Positions 24,431 through 38,196 of a DNA stretch of 64,000 nucleotides are shown here, piece by piece (position 1 is the first letter of the stretch; each line of letters begins with the position of its first letter). The translations under genes and the position numbers were made by a program. The notes under the pieces were generated by a model that searched no databases, was not told the DNA's origin, and saw only the letters and a program-made list of their open reading frames with translations. The DNA is from Azolla caroliniana (lineage: Eukaryota > Plantae > Polypodiophyta): contig JBHGNT010000016.1 of NCBI GenBank assembly GCA_043228905.1, positions 8,556,001 to 8,620,000 on the forward strand. Direction: 5' to 3'.

Positions 24431-27400
24431 TGTGGCGCTAGGGGCCTTGAGCCACTTGAGGTGATTTGATGGCCTAACATAAGTTGCATGCTTTGATGTA
24501 GGAGGCGACCTCGTGGCGTAGCCCCGGCCAATAGAATTTGCAATGGACTTTGTCTAGCACCTTATGAAAACCCAAGTGGCCGGACAACGGGTGATCGTGG
24601 AAGAAACGAAGGTAAGACAGGCGTAGTTGCTCAGGCAAAAAAGCAGGACATTATCCTGGATCATGAATTCCTTGGTAAGGGATGATGTGGGCTCGGCTCG
24701 TAGGCGGTGGCAGATGTCTTGGATTTTTTTGTCGTGTTGTTGCATGTTGGCTATTTGGGACGAGGATATGGGAAAATCGATTGTGTCAGAGGCGATTTGG
24801 TTCGCCTGAAAGGATATGCGGGATAATCCATCGGCGACGATGTTCTGGGGACCACGGCGATAGCGCAATGTGAATGTGTAATCCTATAGCGCCAAAGCCC
24901 AACGGAGTAAGCGACCGGGTGGATGAGCCTTCTTTATGAGGGAGAGCAATGGCTGATGGTCGGTTTCAACTAATGTATTTGATCCATGTAGGTATGGGTG
25001 GAAACGATGGAATGCCCAGACGATGGCGAGCAAATCTTTTTCGATTGTCGAGTAATTTTGTTCAGCTTTGGTAAGTGACCAACTTATGTAGGCAATCAGG
25101 CGTAGTTGGTCGTTGTCGTCAGATTGGAGCAGGACTGCACCAAGGCCGACATTGGAGGCATCAGTCTGCAGATGGAAAGGCTTCTTGAAATCAGGGTGAG
25201 CGAGGAGGTCAGAGGCTTGGAGTGTTCGCTTGAGCTGCAGGAAGCTGGATTCGCAGGCTTTGGTCCATAGGAAGGGTGTGTCTTTTTGTAGGAGCGCGTG
25301 TAGTGGGGCTAATAGGTCAGCTAGCCATGGGATGAAGCGGAGAGAGAACGTGAGGAGGCCGAGGAAGCATTGAAGCTGCTTGACTGTGGTGGGGTGTGGG
25401 AATTTTTGGACTGCTTTCTTCTTCTCTGGGTCCATCTGTAATCCGTCGGAGGAGATGACGTACCCGAGGAAGCGGAGGCACGTACTACCCCATCGACACT
25501 TCTTCCATTGCAGCTGCAATCGATAGCGTTGAACACAAGTGAGGACCTCCCGAAGGACTTGAAGGTGTTCCACCCAAGTGCTTGTATGTATCAGAATATC
25601 ATCTAGATAGACGATGACGACGCGACGGGTGATGAGATCATCGAAGATGGCGTTAGCCATTTGCTGGAATGTGCTCCCAGCATCGGATAGGCCGAAGGGC
25701 ATCCGTGTGAACTGAAAAATGCCTTTCCTAGTGCGGAATGCAGTTTTGTGGGCATCTTTAGGATTCATAGGGATCTGCCAATATCCCGAGGCCAGATCAA
25801 GGGAGGTGAAGTACTTTGATTTGCCGAGATGGTCAAGGAGGTCGTCGATATGAGGGAGAGGATATCGGTCATGGGTGGTGACATGGTTTAGTTGTCGGAA
25901 GTCGACACAAAAACGGTAGGCGCCATCCCCTTTCTTTACCATGTGTGGCTTCGAGATCCACTCGCTCTTGGAAGGTGTGATGATCCCTTGTTGTAGCATA
26001 GTTTTGACGGCATTGTCGATGCACTCATGGTCGAGAGGTGAGCGACGTCGAGGAGCTACGTGGATGGGGCGAGCGTTGCTTGTAGGAATCGTGTGGTGGA
26101 TCGGAAAATGGACCATGGGAGGTTTTGCAGGTGGTGTAGACAACGAGGGAAAGGTGGCTAGGAGCCGTCAGATGTCGTGGATGCGCTCTGTCGGTGATAC
26201 CAGGTACTGTGTGTTGCTGATGTGGGTGGTATCTCGCGGAGTAGTGAAGAGCGTGATCGGAAGGTGATTGGGGAGGATGAGCTGTTGTGAGGAGAAATCG
26301 AGACAGGCTCGACTATGGAGGAACCAATCACAACCCAGGGTGATTGGGAACAACTAGCTCGGGAGGACGTAGAAACGATGTTGGATCTGGGCGGAACTGA
26401 TGGTGAGCATGCACATGACTTGCGTATGTGAGTGGTACACCCGTTGTTGGTCGCCGAAGAGGATTTTAATGGGTAGTGCGTGGCTCGTGGGAAGTTGTAA
26501 TTGGGTGACTAAATCTGCGCTGATGGAAGAGATGTTGTTGCCGGAGTCAAGGAGAACTTCTTGGGTCGTGTGTTGGAGGCGGGCGATTGTGGTACAAACG
26601 GGCGAAGTTGATGACGTGGAGGCGTGGACATGCGGGGTCGGCTCGATCGTGGTATAACTGGGAGAAGTTGATGACGTGGAGGCGTGGACGCGCGGGGGCG
26701 GCTCTCCTTGTGGCCGCGCATTAGTTTTCCGGGAGCTCAGAGAGGGAGGCAGCATCAGCTAATTGGACGTTCTGCTTTTGTTGGTGATTTTGCCACTTTC
26801 GGCAGTGACGCCGAATGTGGCCATAGTTGTTGCAGTAGAAACATTTGGGGCGTCCCTGGCTATCTCGTTCGGGCAATGCATGCTTGGCATGTAATTGCAC
26901 GTTTTGGACGTCGATATCCATGGGAGTGGTGGCTGGCATAGTGTTTGTATGATCGTGACTGAGATTACCTGGTCTGTGCATGTCGTGCGCGTCTGCAGCT
27001 TTGATGCGTTGGGCGATGAGGATGGCTTCGTGTAGTGTTGTCGGGCCTTGATCGCGTACACGGCGACGGAGGTCATGTCGGATACGTGGCCAGAAGAAAA
27101 ATAACTTCATGTCTTCCGACATGTTGGCGTCAGCCTGACGTAAGATTTGCATAAACCGAACCACGAACTGGGTGATGGGTTTGCATGGTTGTTGGGCAAT
27201 TGACTCAAGTTGTTATAGGGCCGTCTGGCGGGAGTCTTGATAAGCAAAATTCTGAATCATGGCTGCCCGTAACAGATCCCAGTCGTTGCGTGTCTCTTCG
27301 GGTTGTTGGACGAGCCCTGTTGCTGTGATATTCTGAAGGAGTGTCTTCATTTCCATTGCCTTCCGGGGGTGTGGCCACTGGTGGTAACTGGCCACCATTT

Positions 27401-27961
27401 CGAAATGATCCAGCCAAGAGAGGACGTCTTCCGATGGTAGGCTGGAGAATGGTTTTGGGCGAACTCGAGGGTCCGGGAGATTCTGTTGTGGCTCGGATCG
27501 TGCTGAAAGAAATGACAACATGGCTGGCTTGGTTAGTATGGTTAACTTGTAAAATAATGTTGGACAGGGCTTGAACCAGTTGGTCGATTGGCGATGTGGG
27601 CTGTTGTTCTTGAATTTGTTGTTGGAGGAATTCCGGATTCATTGAGTTGCCGTTGCCGCCATTGTTGTCGTGTTGCATAGTGGCGTGTGTTGTTGGGGTC
27701 GTGAGTTGGGGTTGCTTTGCCCGTCCTCTCCACCAAGATGTGAAATGCTCAAGATGTGAAATGCTCTCAAGAATAGCTCCCATTCCATTACGTTCTAAGT
27801 TACATTTTATAGACTACTCTTAGTGTGGAGGGTGTTCTCCCGCTCCAATTAGCTCTTCTAATTATGGGGCTTGGTAGGGGCCTAATTTGGGTGTGGTCCA
27901 TGTGGCGGTAAGGGCCTAATTTGGGTGGCCTAATTTGGGTGTGGTCCATGTGACCGCCACA
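24431..27961 (-). mobile_element. Degenerate Ty3/gypsy element U (gag, protease, RT, RNase H, integrase HHCC only); probable 5' LTR about 27739-27961
   Basis: CFYCNNYGHIRRHC, VLLDSG, YFTSLDLASGYWQI, YLDDIL, QTDASNVGLG. PBS-like TGGTGGAGA (tRNA-Ala-like) at 27727-27735. Confidence 0.85.
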
Positions 27962-29717
27962 ATAAAGCATCCCCATACTTCATACTAGGTTGGTTGTGAC
28001 TCCTTGTTATGCTACATTTTGTAATTCTTATTCTACTTGTGAAATATATACCTTCTTCTTGAGTATTCTATTTTCCTCTCATTTATCTATCTTGCTTTCT
28101 CTTTTCTCTCCTCTGTTTTTCTCTCACACATATATGCAAATAACGCACATCTATTCCGTTGCACAAGAATCACCATCGATTCTTTACACTTATAATAAAG
28201 AATGAGTGCAAAAGTATGGTATTTACCATACTTCGAGGGTATTTTTCTTACGCGAATGCGAATGCGAATGCACGAATGGTACGTATGCTTCATACTATGA
28301 TGTCTGACCCACAAGTCGATAGTATAACCGATTCGACTAGCTGACTCCTATGTCGACTATCTAATTAGCCCGACTAGTCGGCTCCAATTTGACAACCCAT
28401 TCTCCCAATCGATAGTCGGCGTCTCCCATTAGGAGGGACAATATCCTAACATAACTACCCTCATAGACACATTACTTCAGATGGCTAAAGTCGTGGGACA
28501 CCAATGGTATGGACAAGGCTTTTGTCACAACCATCATGTTACCTCTTCAAAGGTAGAAGTCATCCTAATATTCATCACTATGGGACGTCAACCATAGGTT
28601 GGGTATGTCTCGATTATTGTTGGGAATTCGGTCCCTCCATATGGGATCTGGATGAGAACCGGAGAAGCCGAACCAGACGGATCCAGCGTGGACTGGATCC
28701 AAGGACATATTTGTAAATATGTTTTTAGTGTGCTTGTCATGGCCATATTTGTAAATAGTCCTAAAGTCATATAAGTATAAATATGACTTAGGGCCATCAC
28801 TTTATGGATAATGCATGAGTAGAGATATTGTTGGATAGACACACAGAGAGAGTGTGAGATATAGAATGCTTTTTTATTGTAATCGCCAATTCGCGAAGAC
28901 ATAGAGCTTGAGGTCGTTGACTCCGAGTCTCATTTTGTTTTATCCCTCTCCATAGTGATTCTGTTCGTAGTTTGTGGGCTCCCGTGGGATGTTTTCCTAA
29001 TTAGGGTTTTTCAACGTAAATATCTGGTGTTGTCTCATTCTACGTAAGTGCAGTAATCCTCTTATTCCTATTTTCTTGTTTCTCCTTCCATTGCGAGTTT
29101 AAGAGTCGGTTGTGGCCGAGCACTATTTCCTCTCAAACTGGTATCAAACCACACACAACAAAGGAAATGGTAGAGTCATTCGGCGGCATGAAAGGAGAGG
29201 AACGTCAGCAATCATGACAAGTGAGGAAGAACTGTTGCTAATCACCGAGGAGAGTGAACTAAACCTTGTCAGTGACGAAACTACATGGGTGGTCGACTCC
29301 GGAGTGTCGTTTCACCTATCTCTCGATAGGGAGTGCTTCTCATCCTACAAAGCCGGAGATCATGGTTCTGTCCGGATGGGAAATGAAGGTGCATGCCGAT
29401 TTGTCGGCATAGGCGATGTGTGGTTGACAACGTCAACCGGGTGCAAGTTGTTGTTGAAGGACGTACGACACGTTCTAGAGGTTCGGTTGAACCTGATATC
29501 AGCCAGTCGGTTAGAGGATGAAGGCTACACAGGTAGCATTCGGAACGGAGTCATGAAGTTCTACAAAGGAAGCCTAATCGTGGCCTGAGCCCGGAAGATC
29601 AACACGTTGTACTTGATGCATGCCCGAATATGCCGAGAAGAAGTGAACATGGCATCCGACAATGTCAGTGAGTTGTGGCACAAGAGGTTGTATCATGTGA
29701 GCTAGAAAGGAATGCGG

Positions 29718-30366
29718 TGTCGTGAAGAAAACCGTCCCTTAGCGCAATTGGTGTATAGCGCGCGCGAACCGGCTCTTCACGCGTGCACGCCCTCTAATGT
29801 ATATAATAAAGGATTAGGAACAAAGGTATATCCTAGGTAGTTAGATTCGGTAGGTAGGAAGTTAATGAGGGAAACGGCTCCCTTCTTGGAGCTATAAAAG
29901 AGAGGGAGGCGCGGGGAGAAAGGGATCGCGCATTGAGGAGGACGAAGTGTTGTCGGACCGTAACCGAACGCTTCTCCTCTGTTCATTCTCCATCGTTCTT
30001 CTCTGCAGGATTTCGGGAGGCTCGCGCTGCTTCGAGGAACGCCCGTGTGCTTCCGGCAGCACCTCCATCCTATCCCCTTTCGTGCGCAGACGAGCAGGCA
30101 TCGGCATCTGTTCGCCGGCCTGTTCGGTTGTAACCGCTCGCATGCTCTGTTGTTTTGTGTCATTTGTTAATATACAAACATTTGTGTCTCTCTGCCTCTA
30201 TGCCCATTCGTGTTTTCTGCGTTGATGGGCCGTGTCCCTGTGTTTCTTTGCTCATACGTAACCAGTCGTCTCTCTCTTTCTCTTCCCCCTCCTATCACCT
30301 GCTCTTCGGTTTAAGACCCTGGTGATCCCGCCTCGTTTCTCCACGCACGTGCGTAGTAACGCGACA
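29718..30366 (+). mobile_element. Solo LTR of the Trp-primed gypsy group, 4-bp TSD GCGG
   Basis: TGTCGTGAAGAAAACCG...CGCGACA flanked by GCGG at 29714-29717 and 30367-30370. Confidence 0.88.
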
Positions 30367-30375
30367 GCGGAAACT

Positions 30376-33300
30376 TGAAAAGAATGGCGTGCAGAAGCAA
30401 TATAGGAAACTGAACAACAGAAAACACATGTTTAATGGAAAGCTTAGGTTTGCACAGTACGCACGGGAGAGACAGAGAGTAAAAACAGAACTATATTCAA
30501 AATAATACTCAATCTGTACATTGTGTGTGTTCAATGAACACTTTTATACAAGTTCTTTTCGGACTGACAAGAAGTACTGACAGTACTTCAATGCTCATTA
30601 AGGAGCCCCTACACTAACTCTCAAATATATTCCTTGCGGAATATCTTTCCGATGGCCTCACGGTTTTTGCACCGATACAACCTTCCTACGCACCGGTTTG
30701 CGTACCGGTACCAATCCGGCCTAATAGATCGGTCCCAACCGATCCGGTCCTCGGCTTGCTTAGCCGATCTGGCCGATGTTGAGCTTGTCTCTCAACACTC
30801 CCCCTCAAGCTCAACTTGAGGCTCTTCGGGATCTTCCGGGCTACCGCTCCAGTTCCTCCTGGCTCCACGCCTTGCTCGCACTCCTTGGCCTGTTCGACTC
30901 CGCACGCTTCGACCCTTCCGGTCGGCTTGTCTGCTCCCACGGCCCTTCACAGCTCCCTTGTTGTCGCAGTGTTGGCACTTCTCCTACTGCCTTCTTTGCC
31001 GCTTGGCCCTCAGTTGATTCAGTGTATCCGAATCAAACATCCGAACCGACTTGGCTACCTCCGATTGGTTTTCGCTCTCGTCCGAGTTGGCTGTCTCCAA
31101 CTCGTCTTCGGTCTTCTCGCCCTTGACGGCGTCATCTCCCCCATGCTTGGTTGGCTTCGGCTCTTTCTTTCGGCTGCTCCTCTATGTCCGCTTTTGGACT
31201 CTTCCGCAGATCCGCCCTCAGCTTCTTCAGCCGATCCGAAGTCAAATTTGTCATCTGACTCGGTGTCGCGGCCTCTTCCGCTCCTTTCTTGCTCCCTTGC
31301 TCGGTCTTTCAAGACTGTTCTCCCCCTCAAGTTTGGCACGTCGAGGTGACGCAACCCAAGCACACCCGAGAATTGTCGCAACTTGTCTAAACCAAGGGGC
31401 TTGGTGAAGATGTCGGCAGTTTGCCGATCCGTCGGAACATACTGAAGTTCGACTTCACCAGAAAGGACACGCTCACGGAAAAAATGGTAGTACACCTCAA
31501 TGTGCTTGGTCCGTGCATGGAAAACGGGGTTCTTTGCGAGCTGGATGCTGCTGAGTTTATCGCAATAGATCGTCATCGGATCGGACAACTCCTCTTGCAG
31601 GTCCTTAAGTAGCCGCTTCAACCATATGGCTTGACACGTCGCGATAACTGCTCCTTGATACTCAGCTTCGGTGCTCGACAGTGCAACTATTGGCTACTTC
31701 TTATTGCTCCACGCTATCGCAGCACTCCCAAGAGAGAATGCGTATCCGAACGTTGATCGGGGATCGGCGACGTTGCCAACCCAATCAACATTGGTGTAGC
31801 CGACCAACTGCGAGGCTGTACCGGTCCGATATAGCAGTCCCCGGTCCTTAGTGCCGCTTACGTACCGCAGTATGCGTTGCGCACACTAAAGGTGCTCCTC
31901 GGTAGGTCGCGCCATGAACTGACTGATCACCCCAACCGGATAACTGAGATCAGGTCGGGTGATTGTCAAGTAGATAAGGCTTCCGACAATTTGTCGAAAC
32001 CTCGTCGGGTCGCATACCTTTCCGGAATTGGGGCGAAGCTTGACAGTTCTATCCAAAGGAGTTGAGACGGACTTACAGTCGGCCATCCCAAATTTGAAGA
32101 GCATACTTAGCACATAATGGCGTTGGCTGATCAATATGCCTTCGGGGGTACGGATCACTTCGATCCCAAGGAAGTAATGAAGATCCCCCAAGTCCTTCAT
32201 GTCGAACGATGCCGCAAGCTGGAGCTTCACGTGGTCGATTTCACCTAGGTCGGTGCTGGTGATGACCAAGTCATCAACATATAGTAAAATACTGACCAGA
32301 CCGAGTCGACCTTTCCGGATGAACAGGGAAGAGTCTGATTTTGACATTGCAAAGCCCATCCGACGCAGTTGCTGCGTGATCTTCGCGTTCCAGGCACGGG
32401 GAGCTTGCTTCAGTCCGTAAAGGGACTTCTTCAATTGGCACACTACCGACGTGTTCATTCCAGAGTGAAATCCAGGGCGTTGTACCATGTACACTTATTC
32501 CTCAAGCTCACCTTGCAAGAACACATTCTTTACATCCATCTAATGTAAGTGCCACCCCTTTGCCGCAGCTACCGCGAGCAAAACACGGACGGTCGTCATC
32601 TTCGCAACCGGCGCAAATGTCTCATCGTAGTCGATGCCGTGTTTTTGCGCGTAGCCCTTTGCCACTAACCGGGCCTTGTATCGGTTGACCGAGCCGTCGG
32701 TTTTGTACTTGACCTTGAACACCCGCCTACATCCGATCGGCTTCACACCCTTCCGTGCATCAACCAGGTCCCAGGTCTCGTTTTCCGCCAATGCGTGCAT
32801 CTCTTCCTCCATCGCAGCGCGCCAATTCGCGTCCTTAGCCGCTTCTGTGTAGCTCTCCAGCTCACGCACTTCTGCTACATGGGTCATGTACGCATAATGA
32901 TGTGCCATGTACTCGTTGTATCTGAACCGCACAATTGGGTTCTTTTGGCGGGTAGATCGGCGTAATCAGTCATTAGCCGATGTCGAGGTCTTCTCGGCCG
33001 ACGCGGACTTCGCTCTTGAAGACTCGTCACCACTTCCCTCGGAGTCGGACTCGCATCGGTCTGACTCGTTCCTATCCATGCCGGAATCCGACACCTTCTT
33101 CTTCCCTTTCTCTTTGCGCATAAGCCGTCTTCTCGGCTTCTTGCACGGGGAATGCACGGTCGAGTCTCCACTACTCGCTGGCTCTTCATCGGACTGGTCG
33201 AACCGACTCAGTCGTCCATTCGGTCCACTTAACCGAAACGAAATCGGACTCTCTTCGTGGGTCCCGATTTCAAGCTCATCCAGAGGCATCTCAGTCTCGC

Positions 33301-36112
33301 TGACCTCATCATCAGAGCTCGGATTGGAGTTGAGATCCGGTGTCGGAGGGAAGTACCAGGACGCGGACTCATCAAACACAAGGTTGCGGCTCACGCGCGC
33401 TTGTTTGGTGCGCGCGTTATAACACTTATAACCCTTCTGCTCGTCCGAGTAACCGACCAAGATACATTTCTTGGCTTTTGTGTCCAACTTCCTCCATTTC
33501 TCCTTCGGCACATGCACATACGCAATGCTACCAAAAACTCGTTACTGTTGCAAGTTCGGCTTCGTTCCGAAATATAGCTCATGCGCCGACACTTTTTCTC
33601 CGATCCGATTCTGGATGTATACCGCGGTTCGTACCGCCTCGGCCCAGTAGAACTTGGGCAAGCTCTTCTCCTCCAACATTGCCCGTGCCGCTTCCACAAC
33701 TGACCGATTTTTCCTCTCGGCCACGTCGTTTTGCTCCGGCGTGTATCTACAACTAAATTCGTGCCGAATTCCCATCTGTTGTAGATAACCGTTGAATTGA
33801 CCGGAAAAGTATTCTTTTCCGCCATCTGAAAGAAGGCACCTGATCTTTCTTCCTGTTTCCGTTTCCACAAACCCTTTGAGGTCCCGGAAACAGTCGAAGA
33901 CTTCGCTCTTCCTCTCAATGAGGTAGATCCACGTGTGCCACATGTAGTCGTCGATGAAGGAGACGAAATATTGGCTCCCGCCAAGACTAACGTTTTGTGT
34001 CGGCCTCCACACATCGAAGTGTATCAAGTCGGGCTTGTTCTGGCTCCAGTTACGCTCATTGGGGAAAGGAAGTCAGTGTTGCTTCCCAAGCCTGTAGGCT
34101 TCACAAATTTGTGCCTTCCGGCCACTAAATTTGGGCAATCCGAACACCACTTGTTTCGATTGCCGGTCTTGAAGCCGTTGGTAGTTGACGTGGCCTATCC
34201 GCTTGTGCCATAAGTCGATGTCCAACTCGACTTTTTGTCCCTTCGCGAACATTGCAGTGCCACCGCCAATAGAGTCGAGGATGAACATCCTCTTGTCTCT
34301 ACGCCCTTGCGCAATAGCTCGGCCTTCTTCCTCAATGAAGCACCTGAGGTGTGTAAACCAGACCTCCATCCCTTGGTCGACGATCTGTCCGACCGACACC
34401 AAGTTCTTTGTGATTGTCGGAATGTGTAGTACGTTCATGAGTTTCCCTTTCTGCCCGACATGGCTCAAGGGAACTTCTCTAACATTCGCGATCAGATGCA
34501 GAGTGTCGTCTTCGGTTGCAACAACTCCCGGTTGCATCGGTTTTTCGAGGTACGAGAACCACTCCTTATGGCTCGTCATGTGATTTGACGCGTCGGAGTC
34601 GACGTACCACACCTCGTCCGATTTCGGGGTGGTCTGCTTCATTGAGTTTGCTTCGTGTCTCATCACGAAGGCAGACCCTTTTCTGGCTATTTTGGATCCT
34701 TCGACGTAGTGCGATAGCTGCCGGTTACCTTTGTCGGTATGTCCGAAACCAGATCCAGAACCGGTCCTCTCCAACTCGGCGCGCTTATTCCAACACTCGC
34801 TCTCCCTGTGGCCTTTCTTGCCACAATACCAGCATTCTGTGGCGGGTTTCCCTTGCCGGTTCTCATTGCCTCGACTCCCCCTGTTTCCGGAGGGTCCGGA
34901 ATTGTTGTCGGCATCATTTCGGTGCCTCCTTCCTTGATCTCGTCGGCCGCCTCCATTGCGCACCGACTCGCCTCGTCCTCCACGTCCACAGGGCCTATCT
35001 CCCTTTGTCGGTGTGCATGCTCGTTGACGCACCCGCGTGGTTCTCCTCTACCAGGAGCATCGACTATAAGTCGAAAAAGGATGGCGTATTCTCTCGGGTA
35101 CAAACAACAGTTCGGAACGCCCCGAACTTCGACGCCAAACCCCTGAGACAGACCTGGACCATCTTGCTTTCCTCGATGTTCACATCGATGGAAGCTAAGG
35201 AGTCGCATATGTCCTTGATCTTTCGAGGTATAGTCAGCCACCGACAAGTCGCATTGTCGTAGGTTGCTCAACTCCTGTCGGAGCTGAAGCTTCCTGGCTG
35301 TGGTGCTTGCGGCGAAGAACTTCTTCAGATTTTCCCACGCACCCTTCGGGGTTTTTGCATCCCGAACGTAGCTTAATAGTTGTTCGCCCACACAAGACGC
35401 GAAACAGTACAACACTTTGCTCGCCGATTGTTCCCACACAAGTCTTTGTGTGTCGATTCGAGTGCCGCGTCATTCGCTCCTTCAACATAGCTCCAGTAAC
35501 CATGCCCAAGCAGGTACTGGTGTATCTTGTAGGACCAAGATGCGTAGTTGGTTCTATCGAGCTTCTCCGTCGGAAGCGAGCTAGCCATTCCTCTGTCCAT
35601 CAGTTTTCTTGTTCTTCTTCGTTGGTTTTTTTCTTCAAGCAAAGTCGACTGCAGAGGTTCTCAACCCTCGCAGTCTGATACCATGAGAAGAATGGCGTGC
35701 AGAAGCAATATAGGAAACCGAACAACAGAAAACACAGGTTTAATGGAAAGCTTAGGTTTGCACAATACGCACAGGAGAGCCAGAGAGAGAGAGAGTAAAA
35801 ACAAAACTATATTCAAAATAATACTCAATCTGTACATCGTGTGTGTTCAATGAACACTTTTATACAAGTCCTTTTCAGACTGAGAGAAGTACTAACAGTA
35901 CTTCAATGCTCATTAAGGAGCCCCTACACTAACTCCCAAATATATTCCTTGTGGAATGTCTTTTCGATGGCCTCACGGTTTCTGCACCGATCCAGCCTTC
36001 CTACGCACCGGTCTACGTACCGGTACCGATCCAACCTAACCAATCGGTCCCAACCGATCCGGTCCGCGGCTTGCTCAACCGATCCGGCCAATGTTGAGCT
36101 TGTCTCTCAACA
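30376..36112 (-). mobile_element. Full-length degenerate Ty1/copia Y (LTRs 30376-30797 and 35684-36112, TSD AAACT)
   Basis: LTR pair, PBS at 35674-35683, PPT at 30798 onward. [45 protein letters not shown]. Confidence 0.95.
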
Positions 36113-38196
36113 AAACTTAACGAGGGAAACCTCATTCAAGAAAGGCATGCATTTTGAGAAGTGCACCAATTTCTTGGCCAGCAAGCAGAACCAAACCTCT
36201 TTCTGGTCAAGACCACCGATGAGATGGAATGCATCGTTGAAACTTGTGTGTACCGATGTATGTCAACTGGACACGAAGTCACATGCCAGATCGTAGTATT
36301 TCGTGACGTTCATAGACGACCATAGCCGGAAGTTGTGGGTCTCACCATTGAAGACGAAGGATTGGGTATTATCCGTCTTCAAGGACTTCCACGTGAGAGT
36401 GGAAAGGGCAACCAGTCGGAAGCTGGAGGTGATTTGAGGGGACAACGAAGGAGAATACCGGGGGCAGTTCCAGGACTACTGCCGGTCGAAGGGAATCTGA
36501 CTCGAATTCACCATGCTGCAGACACCAGAACTAAATGGGTTGGCTGAGAGAATGAACCGGAAAGTAATGGAGGGAGTCCAGAGCATGTTAGCACATGCAA
36601 AGTTACCCAAGACGTTTTGGGCTGAGGCGTTGATGACAACGCCCTATGTGATAAACAAATCACCCTCGACACCCTTGGAAGGAGACACACCACAGAGAGT
36701 ATGGACTGATAAAGACGTGTCTTACCAAAATTTGAAGGTGGTTGGTTGTCTCGCTTACGTGCATGTTGCAAAGGACAAGAGAGAGAAATTGGATCTGAAG
36801 TACCGACCATGCATATTCCTTGGATATGGTGATGATGAGTTCGGGTACCGAGTGTGGGACTTGGTCGACAAGAAGAAGAAAAGACTATTGTTGACTGGGA
36901 GTCGAAGAAGAAGGTAGCGGACTCCGGGTCAACCGACAAAGATCGGTCAGAAAACACAAAGACCCATCTGTTTGGAAGCCGGATGACACTCGAAGAACCG
37001 GATGGATTCAGACAAGAAACCGAATTAACCGAAGAAGAAGAATCAGACACCAAAACCAAACAAGACCCCAAATTGGATTCGGATGAAGAACAAACGGAGC
37101 AACCAGTGGCCGAAGACCAAGGAAGAAGATATCCCCTTAGGGAGAGAAGAGCCCCCCGGAGATTTCTGGATGTACAACATGTATTGCTAATTGATGAGGG
37201 GGAGCCAAAAAGTTTCGAAGAAGCAGAGAAAGACACCCACAGTTACAAGTGGTTAAGTGTCATGCAAGATGAGATGGATTCCCTGCATGAGAACCACACA
37301 TATGAACTAATGGGGTTACCAAAAGGAAAGAGAGCGCTCCGGAGCAATTGGGTGTACAAGCTGAAACCGGGAGACTTCGGAAATCCACCAAGGTATAAGG
37401 CCCGCATTGTGGTGAAGGGCTTCCAGCAGAAGAAGGGTCCAGTGGATTTCAACGAGATCTTTGACCCGGTAGTCAAGATGACATCCATCCGGACTATGTT
37501 GAGCATTGCAACAAGCATGGATGTCGAGATCGAGTAGCTAGATGAAGAAGAGATCTACATGCAACAACCGGAGGGATTTGTCAAGAAAGGGAAGGAGCAC
37601 TTGGTATGTCGATTGAAGAAGAGCTTATACAGACTGAAGCAAGCTCCCCGGAAATGGTACCGGAAGTTCGACTCCTTCATGAACGACCAAAGATACCACA
37701 AGACACAAGCTGACCACTGTGTATTTGTGAAGAATTTTGATGGAGGAGACTTCCTGATACTCTTGATGTATGTGTATGACATGTTGATCGTCAGACTGGG
37801 CCGAGTCAAAATCGGGAATCTGAAGAAGGCCTTGAACCGGACCTTCTGAATGAAAGATTTGGGCCCGACAAGACAAATACTAGGGATGGACATAGTGCGG
37901 GACTTGATGAAGAAGCTATTATGATTGTCATAGGAGAAGTACGTGATGAAGGTGCTCCAACGGTTCAACATGACGGATGCGAAGTTGGTAGGGTCGACAC
38001 TTCTAGCAAACTGCAGGTTGTCCGAGAAGCAAAGCTCGAAGACAAAGGCAGAGAAGTCGGAGATGATGAAGATACCATACGCCTCTACCGTAGGAAGCTT
38101 GATGTACGTAATGGTGTGCACCCGGCCAGATATCGAATACGTTGTCAGAGTGGTCACCCGGTTCATGAGCAATCTGAGAAGAGAACACTGGACCAC

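Larger units (their letters stand above)
28618..38196 (+). mobile_element. Degenerate Ty1/copia W (5' LTR 28618-29135, most of gag deleted), interrupted by three insertions
   Basis: PBS TGGTATCA at 29139, WVVDSG, ELWHKRL, TPELNGLAER, YKARIVVKG. LTR and pol are similar to copia Z. Confidence 0.85.

Noticed and set aside
26715-26740. Programmed -1 frameshift at the gag end (G GAA AAC TAA) of element U
   Set aside because: The protease ORF is in the +1 frame as the sequence stands and the element is decayed, so it cannot be supported.
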